A DNA stretch of 64,000 nucleotides from NCBI GenBank assembly GCA_963766715.1, contig CAVYBH010000015.1:160001-224000 (forward strand). The letters are read 5' to 3'. The DNA comes from an uncultured delta proteobacterium. GTDB lineage: Bacteria > Myxococcota > Myxococcia > Myxococcales > Anaeromyxobacteraceae. The notes under the pieces were generated by a model that searched no databases, was not told the DNA's origin, and was given only the letters and a program-made list of their open reading frames with translations. The translations under genes and the position numbers were made by a program. Position 1 is the stretch's first letter. Each line of letters begins with the position of its first letter. Shown here one piece after another: positions 1-9,200 of this stretch.

Positions 1-238
1 CCCGTTCCAGGAGGTCGAGCCCCACCTGACCCTGGAGGCGGTGCGCGCCTACCTCCAGGAGCTCGACCTCGACCTGGGCGTCGCCCTGCGGGCGCTGGTG
101 GACTTCTCCGCCGGCGGCGCACCCGACGCCGCGTCACCCGAGCAGGCTCCAGGCCATCGCCCCGACGAGCGGGGCGACGAAGTAGACGAACCCGGCCACC
201 CGGAGCCGGCGGCCGTTCCACTCGGAGGGATTCCGTAG
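1..238 (+). CDS. 3' part of a hypothetical protein (starts before the window)
   Basis: Frame open from position 2 (PFQEVEPHLTLEAVRAYLQELDLDLGVALRALVDF...) with G/C third positions; its tail overlaps the convergent UbiA gene, so the end is uncertain. Confidence 0.4.
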   Translation, partial: PFQEVEPHLTLEAVRAYLQELDLDLGVALRALVDFSAGGAPDAASPEQAPGHRPDERGDEVDEPGHPEPAAVPLGGIP

Positions 239-976
239 GAGCGAGGCGAAGCGCGAGGCGAGCACCAGCCCGGCCGGCGCCGCGATGGCCGCGAAGAGGG
301 GATCCGGCCGCGCGATCTCCGACGCCGCCGCGGCGACCAGGCTGGCGACGAAGAAGCCCACGCCCCATCGCGCCCGCGTCCGCGGCGACAGCGGGTCTCG
401 CAGCGGCGCCGGCATGCCGGCCTCCTCCTCGATGCCGTGCCCGAGATCGTGGGCCACCGCCCCGGTCCAGGCGAAGATCGCGACGAGGATCCCGCCGACC
501 GTGGCCACGCCCAGGCCGATGGGGCCGAGGAGCACCAGCGCCGGGAAGACCAGGTTCACCATCGGTGGACCGAGCAACGGCGGGAGCCGGGGCCGCAGCG
601 CGTGCCAGGCGAGCCCGGCGGCGACGCAGGCGGCCGCCCAGGCGCCCGAGCGGAACGAGAGCGCGAAGGCGCCGGCCAGCCCGAGCGCGCCCGCGGCGAG
701 CGCGACGCGGCGGAGGAGCCGTGCCGGGAGGCGCCCCGAGGGCAGGACCCGCTCCGGCCGCCTCACCCGATCGCGAGCCACGTCGGCGAGATCGTCCCAG
801 GCGCGCGCCGCCAGCAGCAGCAGCCAGCCGCACGCGACGAGCCAGGGGAGCCTTCCCCAGGCGCCCGGCGGGAGGCAGGCGCCGCAGAGCACGACGGCGA
901 GCGGCACCGACACGTCGAGCGGGAATCGCTCCCGCACCCAGGCGCCGAGCGCCCTCGCGGCGCCGGGGTCAGCCAT
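134..976 (-). CDS. UbiA-family prenyltransferase
   Basis: Multi-TM 280 aa protein with Asp-rich motif AWDDLADVARDRVRRPERVLPSGRL; start overlaps the stop of the upstream PEP-utilizer. Confidence 0.8.
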   Translation of the reverse strand: MADPGAARALGAWVRERFPLDVSVPLAVVLCGACLPPGAWGRLPWLVACGWLLLLAARAWDDLADVARDRVRRPERVLPSGRLPARLLRRVALAAGALGLAGAFALSFRSGAWAAACVAAGLAWHALRPRLPPLLGPPMVNLVFPALVLLGPIGLGVATVGGILVAIFAWTGAVAHDLGHGIEEEAGMPAPLRDPLSPRTRARWGVGFFVASLVAAAASEIARPDPLFAAIAAPAGLVLASRFASLLRNPSEWNGRRLRVAGFVYFVAPLVGAMAWSLLG

Positions 977-3497
977 CGCCCGACTCGATGAGGACCGTCC
1001 CGGCGTCGCCGTCCACGAGGAGCGGGGCGCCGTCGGGGATCTTCCGGCAGGCGTCCCGGACCTGCACGAGTCCCGGGATGCCCGCCTCCCGCGCCACGAT
1101 GGCGCCGTGCGACAGGACGCCGCCGCGCTCGAGCACCAGCCCGCCGGCGAGCAGGATGAGCGGGGTCCAGCCGGGGTCCGCGCTCGGGGCCACCAGGATC
1201 TCCCCGTGCGCGAGCGTCTCGTGCGCCGGGTCCCGGAGCACGCGGGCGCGCCCCCTCGCCTTCCCGCGCGAGACCGGAACGCCCGCCAGCACGTGACCCG
1301 GGCGCTCCGGGCCCGGTTCCGGACCGCCCCCCTCGTCCGGGCCGAGGATCTCGCCCGCCCGCAGGACGAAGAGCGCCGGCGGCGGAGCGGCGGCCCAGGC
1401 CTCCCGGCGGCGGCGGCGCGCCTCCAGGAGCCCCGGCAGGCACTCGGGGTACGGGTAGGCGCCGTGGGCCAGCGCGCGCGCCTCCTCCCAGGTGAGGTCG
1501 AAGACCTCCTCCGGCGATCGGATCGCGCCGCTGCGCAGGAGGAGCTCGCCCAGCGTGAGGCAGGCGCCGCGAATCTCCCCGAAGAGCAGGCTCTGCTGGA
1601 GACGCCCCTCCTCCCGCTGCTGGACGGCCCGGAGGCTCCGCCGGTGGATCCAGCGCAGCACCCGCGCCCGGACGGGCCCGAGGTCCCGGCACAGCTCCTC
1701 CATCCGCCGATCGCGCCCGGACTCGGCCGCGTGCCGCGCCTCCGGGGAGCAGGGATCCGGAACGCCCGCGAACTGCCGGATGATCGCGTAGGCGAGGTCC
1801 GGCCGCTCGGCGAAGGTGGGGGAGACGAGCGAGCAGTCGTCGTAGCAACGCGCGCCGAAGCGGTCGAGGAAGGACTGGAACAGCTGGGCCTGGGCCGGAC
1901 CGAGGCCGGCGCGCCAGGCCTGGAAGTCCGGGGGACCGGAGGACGACCCCCCGGCGATCGCGGGCAGGGTCGACCGGGAGAGGGCCCAGAGGATCCGCGG
2001 CGGCTCGTCGCTCTTCACCGCCACGCCCTGGAGCAGCGTGGGGAGGACGTCCGCCCGCGGGCGTCCGCACCAGCGCTCGACCCGCTCGCCGAGCAGGCCG
2101 GGGAAGATCATGACGGCCAGGTCGGCGGCGCACGGCCCGCTCCAGGACTCGGCCACCACCTCGATCATCGACTCGAGCACCTCGTCCGCCTCCCGCGGGT
2201 CGGTCGCGGCGAGCAGCCTGCGGCGCCAGGCCGGCCGTTCCCGCTCCAGCCGGGCCTCCAGCGCCCGGAGCCTCGCGGAGATGGTCCCGAGCGCCCTCGC
2301 CAGGGACCCGAGGAAGCGGACGATCCCGACCGGGCCGTGGTTCCTGCGGCGCAGGGCGGGGGCCCGCGCGTCGGGAGGCGGCCGGACCGGCACCTCCTGG
2401 CCGATGTAGCCGTCGAGGAACGAGGTGAAGGTGGCGCTCCACGGGAAGTAGGAGAGAAGCCGGTACCAGGTGGTCAGGTCGTAGTGGATCCGGCCCCGGT
2501 GGATGCCGGTGACCGCGCCGAGCAGGTGCGGGACGGCCTCGAACTGCCGCCGCTCCCAGCCGAAGAGGCGCAGCACCGACCGGATGTACTCGGCGTAGAA
2601 GCGGTGCAGGACGGACCAGGCCAGCGGAGCGAGCGGCCTGGGGAAGTTCTCGGTGAGGTTGACGTTCGACCAGAGCACGTCCCCCGGGACGCCCACCGTG
2701 GTCACGGGCCGCGACTGGAGCAGGAGGAGCCGGTCGGCCGTGGCGCACCACTCGACGTCGACCGGGAGGCCGGTCGCGCGCTCCACCCGGGAGACGTGGT
2801 CCCGCAGCGCGAGCAGGTGGACGCGGAGCGGCGCGGGGACGTCTCCGGGGAAGACGTCGGCGTGGCGCGGGAGCGCGAGGCGGTGCGGCACCACGCGGCC
2901 CTGCACCAGGTCGCTTCCCAGCCCCTCGGTCCACTCCACGGTGAGCGCGTCGAAGCTGCGGGTGAGCGGGTCGAGCGAGAAGGCCACGCCCGACCACTCC
3001 GGGTGAACCTGCTCCTGGAGGATCACCGCCATGCGCTCGTCGCGATGGGGCAAGCGCTCGAGGTAGCTCCGCGCCGGGCCGTCGAGCAGGCTGGCCCAGC
3101 AGCGGGCGACCCGGTCGAGCACCTCGGCGCGAGGCACGCACAGGAAGCTCGCGAACTGGCCTGCCATCGAGAACCGCTCCCCGTCCTCGCAGGCAGCCGA
3201 CGAACGGACGGCGACCTCCCCTCCGGGGAGTCCGTCGAGCGCCTCCAGGATGGCCGCGCGCAGCGCCGGAGGCCACGCCCCCGCGATCAGGGCGCGGGCC
3301 GCGGCCGGCCCCCGGCTCTCGGGGCCGATGCCGTTGTGGACGCGGAACTCGTCGAGGGCGGCGGTGGTGATCGCGAGCGACCGGGGCACCGGAAGGCCGA
3401 GGGCCGCCAGGTGGGACAGGCCGACGCCCTTGCCCCCGACCAGTCCCGCGTCGGGAGACGGCTCGCATGCCAGGTCGAGGACCCTCGGTCGAGACAT
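969..3497 (-). CDS. PEP/pyruvate-binding (ATP-grasp) plus PEP-utilizing mobile His-domain enzyme (rifampicin phosphotransferase / PigC-like architecture)
   Basis: N-terminal VGGKG, VAVRSSA.CEDG..SMAGQF and DVEW..LLQSRPVT; central domain starting WSNVNLTENFP; C-terminal DPGWTP..ERGGVLSHGAIVAREAGIP with the phospho-His; likely start ATG 3497 (MSRPRV). Confidence 0.85.
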   Translation of the reverse strand: MSRPRVLDLACEPSPDAGLVGGKGVGLSHLAALGLPVPRSLAITTAALDEFRVHNGIGPESRGPAAARALIAGAWPPALRAAILEALDGLPGGEVAVRSSAACEDGERFSMAGQFASFLCVPRAEVLDRVARCWASLLDGPARSYLERLPHRDERMAVILQEQVHPEWSGVAFSLDPLTRSFDALTVEWTEGLGSDLVQGRVVPHRLALPRHADVFPGDVPAPLRVHLLALRDHVSRVERATGLPVDVEWCATADRLLLLQSRPVTTVGVPGDVLWSNVNLTENFPRPLAPLAWSVLHRFYAEYIRSVLRLFGWERRQFEAVPHLLGAVTGIHRGRIHYDLTTWYRLLSYFPWSATFTSFLDGYIGQEVPVRPPPDARAPALRRRNHGPVGIVRFLGSLARALGTISARLRALEARLERERPAWRRRLLAATDPREADEVLESMIEVVAESWSGPCAADLAVMIFPGLLGERVERWCGRPRADVLPTLLQGVAVKSDEPPRILWALSRSTLPAIAGGSSSGPPDFQAWRAGLGPAQAQLFQSFLDRFGARCYDDCSLVSPTFAERPDLAYAIIRQFAGVPDPCSPEARHAAESGRDRRMEELCRDLGPVRARVLRWIHRRSLRAVQQREEGRLQQSLLFGEIRGACLTLGELLLRSGAIRSPEEVFDLTWEEARALAHGAYPYPECLPGLLEARRRRREAWAAAPPPALFVLRAGEILGPDEGGGPEPGPERPGHVLAGVPVSRGKARGRARVLRDPAHETLAHGEILVAPSADPGWTPLILLAGGLVLERGGVLSHGAIVAREAGIPGLVQVRDACRKIPDGAPLLVDGDAGTVLIESGDG

Positions 3498-3698
3498 GTG
3501 CGCCCCCCCGGGCTGCACGCACCGCGCTCCGTGCATCATTATACGGGAGGGCGCAGGCCCGGCCACCATTCACGGCGAGTGCGCTGAGACCATTGGGGTA
3601 GGTGCCTTCCCGATATCGCCGGCGCGGCCAGGAATTGCACCAGAGCGGGGCGGGTCGCCTATACTCGGTAGGACTTTTTTCACCTTCACCGAGGCTCC

Positions 3699-4916
3699 TT
3701 GATCAACGAACGGGAAATTGCCGCGCTGGTGGCGCGATTCGGCGTGGGCAGCCAGCTCACCGGCGGGATCCTCCTGGTCGACGACGAGCCCAACAACCTC
3801 CTCGTGCTCCGCGGGTTCCTGGACGACGAGGAGCGCTGGGTGATCCACGAGGCCGCCACCGGCGAGGAGGCGCTCGCCATCGCGGAGAAGACCCCGCTCG
3901 ACGTGGTGGTGAGCGACCACCGCATGCCCGGCATGAGCGGCGTGGACCTGCTCGAGAAGCTGCGGCGGCTCCGGCCGGACGTGGCGGGCATCGTGCTCAC
4001 CGGGTACGCCGACATGAACGCGCTGGAGGCGGCCATCAACCGGGCCAACGCCTTCCGCTTCCTGCGCAAGCCGTGGGAGCCGGCCGACATCCTGGAGGCC
4101 ATCGACCAGGCCTGCGCCCACGTGTCGCAGCGGCGCATCATCGAGCGGCTGGTGACCCTGCTCTCCGAGCGCGGGGAGATGCTGCGCTCCTCCTTCGACG
4201 AGATGAAGAAGCAGCAGCAGGCCCTGCTGCACCTCGAGCGGATCGGCACCATCGGCCGGCTGGCCTCGGGCGTGACCCATGACCTGGGGAACATGGTCGC
4301 CAGCCTGCGCGAGGCGGAGTACCAGCTCTCCCAGCACTCGGCCGCCCCGGAGCTGCGCGAGACCTTCACCCTGGGTCTCGCGCACGTCGAGAAGATCCTG
4401 CGCACCCTGAAGACGCTCCAGGACTTCGCCCACTCCGGGAAGCTGGAGATCTCCCGGGCGCCCACCGACCCGGCGGACGTGGTGCGAGACGCCGTCACCA
4501 TCTCCCGCATGGACCTCCACTTCCGGCTGCGCAAGCTGGTGGTGGACGTGGCCCCGTCGCTCCCGCCCCTGCAGGCCGACCGGCTCAAGCTCTCGCAGGC
4601 GCTCGTCAACCTGATCCAGAACGCCGTGCGGGCCACCGACAAGGACGCCGCCGTCCGGATCATCGCCAGCCCGCTGCCGGACGGCGGGCTCGAGCTGGCC
4701 GTGGAGGACGACGGCCCCGGCGTCGAGCCCGAGCACCGCCCGCGCCTCTTCCAGCCCTTCTCCGCCGGCAAGACCTCGGAGGGGCTGGGCATGGGGCTCT
4801 ACATGGCCCGCCTCATCGTCGAGTCGCACGGGGGGACCATCCGCCTCGTCGACCGGCCCCGCGGCGCCCGCTTCGAGATGCACATCCCTGCCGCACCGCA
4901 GCCCACCACCGCCTGA
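3699..4916 (+). CDS. Receiver domain-histidine kinase hybrid (REC-HisKA-HATPase), PhcR-like architecture
   Basis: ILLVDDE, VVSDHRMPGMSG, FLRKPW receiver; H-box GVTHDLGN; NLIQNA, DDGPG, GLGMGL boxes. Confidence 0.88.
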   Translation: MINEREIAALVARFGVGSQLTGGILLVDDEPNNLLVLRGFLDDEERWVIHEAATGEEALAIAEKTPLDVVVSDHRMPGMSGVDLLEKLRRLRPDVAGIVLTGYADMNALEAAINRANAFRFLRKPWEPADILEAIDQACAHVSQRRIIERLVTLLSERGEMLRSSFDEMKKQQQALLHLERIGTIGRLASGVTHDLGNMVASLREAEYQLSQHSAAPELRETFTLGLAHVEKILRTLKTLQDFAHSGKLEISRAPTDPADVVRDAVTISRMDLHFRLRKLVVDVAPSLPPLQADRLKLSQALVNLIQNAVRATDKDAAVRIIASPLPDGGLELAVEDDGPGVEPEHRPRLFQPFSAGKTSEGLGMGLYMARLIVESHGGTIRLVDRPRGARFEMHIPAAPQPTTA

Positions 4917-4967
4917 CCCTTCTCAATCTTCCCCATCATCGCGCACACATCCGGAACCGTCTCCACC

Positions 4968-6533
4968 ATGGACAAGAAGACGAACATCAAGCTGGTCAAT
5001 CGGAGCGAGAGCCCCGGCAACGAGGCTCCCTCGCCCGCCCCGGCCCTCCACTCCCGCGTGGCCCGATACGAGGAGCTCGACGGCGCCGAGGGGCGCGCCG
5101 TCTACTTCCGACCGCAACGCTACACCGCCGCCGACCTGGCGCCCTTGAAGGGAACGGTCACCGTCACGGACGAGGGGACGCGCCGGGAGTGCGCGCTGCT
5201 CGACGTGAGCCAGAACGGCGTCGCGGTGGCCTGGCCCCACGGCTCCCCGCCCCGCAGGGGGAAGTGGGTCTCCGCGGTCCTGCGCTTCGACGGCCACGAG
5301 GCCTTCCGCGGCCAGGTCCGGGTCGGATCGGTGCGCGACTCGGGCGGCGGCTCCGTGCTCGGGCTCTCCTTCGACAACTTCCTCCTCGACGTGGACGACA
5401 TCCTCAGCCTGCGCTCCCTGCGCGCCTGGGCGGCGGAGGCCGGGAGCCCGCACGTCCAGGATCATCCCTGGGGCGTCCGCGACGGCGAGCGCTTCCAGGC
5501 CCGGGTGGCCGAGATGCGGCTGCTCATGGAGGACAGCCGGGAGCGGCTCGACGCCCTCGAGAAGCAGCTGCCCTGGCACAGCCTGCACGGGGCCCCGAAC
5601 CCGGTGCTGGGCTCGCTCGAGCGCTCGCTGCGCGCCGGCTTCGTGCCCGAGTTCCTCCGGCTCTCCGACGCCATCGACACCGAGATCCGCGCCCTGCCCG
5701 GCGGCCACCACAACGACCAGGCCAGGGAGTGGTGCCTGCGGCAGCTGCAGGACTTCATCATGATGTCGCCCGCCTGCCAGCGGGCGCGCGTGAAGCCCTT
5801 CGGCTACCCCGGCGACTACGAGGTGATGAACTTCATCTACGAGCGGTACTTCGAGGGATCGACCCTCTTCGCCCGCTCCGTCGGCCTGGCCTTCTCCGAG
5901 GCCGTCTGCTGCAAGGCGGTCCGGTTCCGCAAGGACCTGGTCAAGCGGCAGCTGAAGGCCCTGCTGGCGCGCCGCACCGGGTCGCGCGAGCCGGTGCGCG
6001 TGCTCTCCATCGCGGCCGGCCCGGCCCAGGAGCTCTTCGAGCTGCTGCAGGAGCTCGACGAGATGCCGGTCAACCTCGAGGTCGTGCTCTTCGAGCAGGA
6101 CAAGAACGCGCTGGCCCACGCGTTCCGGCGCCTCACCCCGGCCGTGGAGGCCCGCTTCCCCGGACGCGTCCGGCTGCTCTTCCTCCACGACTCGATCAAG
6201 CGGCTGCTGCGCGACGCCGCCCTCTTCGAGCCCTTCGGGAAGTTCGACCTCGTCTACTCCTGCGGCCTCTACGACTACCTGCAGCAGCGCACCGCGACCG
6301 TGCTCTCCCGGCACCTGGCCAGCACCACCGCACCCGGCGGGCAGCTGCTCGTCGCCAACATGGTCGATCACCCGGCCCGCGTGCTGCAGGAGATCCACCT
6401 CGACTGGCACCTCATCTACCGCACCCGGGAGGAGATCCTCGACATCGGCCGCTCGGCCGTGCCCGGCGCGCAGGTGCGGATCCTCGAGGAGGAGAGCGGC
6501 GTGAATCCCTTCTTCGAGCTCGTCCAGGGGTAG
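4968..6533 (+). CDS. Class I SAM-dependent methyltransferase with N-terminal PilZ-like domain; PhcB-like (3-OH fatty acid methyl ester signal synthase family)
   Basis: LLDVSQNG (PilZ DxSxxG); KPFGYPGDYEVMNFIY; VLSIAAGPAQE (SAM motif I); FDLVYSCGLYDYL; DWHLIYRT. Confidence 0.75.
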   Translation: MDKKTNIKLVNRSESPGNEAPSPAPALHSRVARYEELDGAEGRAVYFRPQRYTAADLAPLKGTVTVTDEGTRRECALLDVSQNGVAVAWPHGSPPRRGKWVSAVLRFDGHEAFRGQVRVGSVRDSGGGSVLGLSFDNFLLDVDDILSLRSLRAWAAEAGSPHVQDHPWGVRDGERFQARVAEMRLLMEDSRERLDALEKQLPWHSLHGAPNPVLGSLERSLRAGFVPEFLRLSDAIDTEIRALPGGHHNDQAREWCLRQLQDFIMMSPACQRARVKPFGYPGDYEVMNFIYERYFEGSTLFARSVGLAFSEAVCCKAVRFRKDLVKRQLKALLARRTGSREPVRVLSIAAGPAQELFELLQELDEMPVNLEVVLFEQDKNALAHAFRRLTPAVEARFPGRVRLLFLHDSIKRLLRDAALFEPFGKFDLVYSCGLYDYLQQRTATVLSRHLASTTAPGGQLLVANMVDHPARVLQEIHLDWHLIYRTREEILDIGRSAVPGAQVRILEEESGVNPFFELVQG

Positions 6534-9186
6534 ATGAACGCCCCGGCGAACGTGATCGAGGAGCGCTGGGTCCGTTGGCGGCTCGAGCGAAACCGGCGCG
6601 GGCTGCGGGCCGGCCTGATCCTCGTCATCACCCTCTACCCGGCCTTCGGCCTGCTCGACTGGCTGCTCGCGCCGCCCGGGGCGCTGGCGTGGATCTGGGC
6701 CACCCGGGCGGGCATCGCCGCCTTCGCCGTCGCGATCCTGTGGCTGCTCCGCGGTCCGAGGCTCGACCCCTACGTCGAGTGGACCGGGGTGGTGGCCGGC
6801 TGGATGGCCGGCATCGGCATCGACGTGATGACCGTCTACATGGGCGGGCGTGGCCTCTCCCTACTACGCCGGCGTCATCCTGGTGGTGCTGGCCGCCGGC
6901 CTGCTCTTCGTGTGGCCGCCGCTGCTCGTCGTCGTCTACAACCTGGGCAGCATCCTCGCCTTCCTCTTCATCAACCTGCTCTACGGCGCGGTGGGGGAGA
7001 CCCACGAGGCCGCCTCCAACCTGACCTTCCTGTCGGCCACCGCGATCATCGCCGGCGTGGGGCAGGTGATGCAGTTCTGGTCGCAGCGAGAGCAGCTCGA
7101 GCAGCGGGTCCGGCTCGAGGCCACCACCGCGAACCTGGAAAGGGCCCACACCGAATTGCAGCGGCTCGACGAGTTCAAGTCGCGCTTCTTCGCCAACATG
7201 ACCCACGAGCTGCGCACGCCGCTCGCCATGGTGCTCACCCCGCTCGAGCTGATGATGCAGGGCGAGATGGGGGACTTCACCGAGGGCCAGCGCAGCTCGC
7301 TGCAGACCATGTACCGGAGCGCCCTCAAGCTCCTCAAGCTCATCAACGACCTGCTCGACCTGTCCCGCCTGGAGGAGAGCCGCCTTCGACTGGACGTGAA
7401 GGAGCACGACCTGGTCGGGCAGCTCCACGCGCTGGTGGAGCAGACCCGGGTGCTCGCCAACCGCAAGCACATCGTCCTCACCTTCGAGACCGAGCAGGAG
7501 CTGGCCCCGGTCTGGTGCGACCCGGAGCGGCTGGAGCGGGTCTTCGTGAACCTGCTCTCCAACGCCATCAAGTTCACGCCGGTGCGGGGACACGTCACGG
7601 TCACCCTCTCCGAGCAGTTCGACGACGTGGTGGTCGTCTTCCAGGACGACGGCCCCGGCTTCCCGCCCGAGAAGGCCGAGCAGATCTTCGAGCGCTTCTT
7701 CCAGGTGGACATGGCCGACCGGCGGCAGCACGGCGGCGCCGGGATCGGGCTGGCGCTGGCCCGCGAGCTGGTGATGCTCCACGGCGGGACCATCACCGCC
7801 CAGAGCGACGGACGGAACGGCGCCCGCTTCGTCGTGACCCTGCCCCGGGGGCGCGGCCACTTCCGCCCCGAGGCGCTCGCGGCGGGACGCGGGCAGGAGC
7901 CCCGGTCCGGCGACGCCGGCCTCGACTGGGCGGTCCAGGTGGCGGCGCGCCCCGAGTTCCGGCTGCTCGACATCGAGGAGGCCACCGAGCGGCGCGTCGT
8001 GGAGCGCGACGCCGACGAGGAGGCCCGCCCCTACACCGCCGTGGTCGTCGAGGACCACCCGCACATCGTCCAGCTCGTCCACATGTCCCTGCGGCGCCAG
8101 TTCAAGGTGCTGGCCGCCCCGGACGGCCTGAAGGGGCTCGAGCTGGTGATGCGGGAGCGCCCCAACCTGGTGGTGACCGACCTCATGATGCCGGGCATCG
8201 ACGGGCTCGAGCTGACGCGCCGGCTCCGGGAGGAGCCGAGCACGCGCCACATCCCCATCATCATGCTCACGGCGCGCGGCGAGCTCGACGACCGGGTGAA
8301 GGGGCTCGAGATCGGCGTCAGCGCCTACCTCACCAAGCCGTTCTCGCCGAAGGAGCTGCTCACGGCGGCCCGGGAGCTGGTGAAGGCCAAGGAGCAGACC
8401 GCCGACCTCGTGCTCACCCACAAGATGGAATCGCTGGAGATGGTGGCGGCCGGCCTGGCCCACGAGATCAACAACCCGCTCAACTACCTGAAGAACGCGC
8501 TCGGCCGGGTCCGGCTCGACGCGGAGAAGGTGCTGGCCCTCTGCTCGGTGGCGCGGAGCCGGCCGCTGGAGGAGGCGGAGGAGGTCCAGGTGGCGCGGCT
8601 CGACGCGCGGCTCCACGAGCTGCTCGGCGTGGCCGACTCGGGCGTGAAGCGGATCGGGAGCACGGTGGAGCTCATGAGCCGCTACGGGCGCGCCGGATAC
8701 AAGCGGGAGATGGTGCCCCACGACGCCTGGGACGCGGCCCGCACCGTGGTCGGCATCGTGCTCCCCGCCACCGGCCGCAAGGTGAAGGTGGACCTCGACC
8801 TGGACGGGGACGGCACGCTCGAGTGCGTCCCGGACGAGTTCAACCAGGTGCTCTCCAACCTGGTCCAGAACGCCATCGAGGCGGTGCCCGAGGAGACCGG
8901 ATGGGTCCGGGTCCGGGGGCGCGTCGAGGGCGACCACCTGACCGTGACGGTGAAGGACAACGGCCCGGGCATGCCGCAGGAGGTGGTGCAGCGGCTCTTC
9001 ACGCCCTTCTTCACCACCAAGGGCCCCGGGCAGGGGGTGGGGCTCGGCCTCACCATCACCCGGCGGGTGGTGCAGAGCCTGGGCGGGACGCTCCAGGTCT
9101 CGAGCCTCATCGGCCAGGGCACCGAGTTCGTGGCACGGTTGCCCCGGACCCAGCCCCGACGCGCGGCCCCGACGCTGGCCGGCTGA
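6534..9186 (+). CDS. Multi-TM hybrid sensor kinase (TM-HisKA-HATPase-REC-HisKA-HATPase); one frameshift near 6849
   Basis: About 5 hydrophobic helices; ANMTHELRTPL; NLLSNAIKF; TDLMMPGIDG receiver; second H-box AGLAHEINNPL; FTTKGPGQGVGLGL; ATG directly follows the methyltransferase stop. Confidence 0.88.
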
Positions 9187-9200
9187 GCTATGCTCCCGGG

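Noticed and set aside
969..3497. Calling this gene ppsA or a rifampicin-resistance gene
   Set aside because: It lacks the C-terminal pyruvate-binding barrel of PpsA, and rifampicin specificity cannot be read from the motifs
285..3587. Very long alternative-frame ORFs (e.g. 285..3587, 6628..9522, most of 14033..17578 and 54051..56525)
   Set aside because: Shadow ORFs expected at very high GC; Arg/Pro/Ala-rich, no motifs, and overlapping well-supported genes
3590..3690. Sigma-54 promoter (CGGCCAGGAATTGCA) and repeated GGTAGG in the divergent region
   Set aside because: GG-to-GC spacing is 9 rather than 10 nt; the hexamer repeat is too short to support a call
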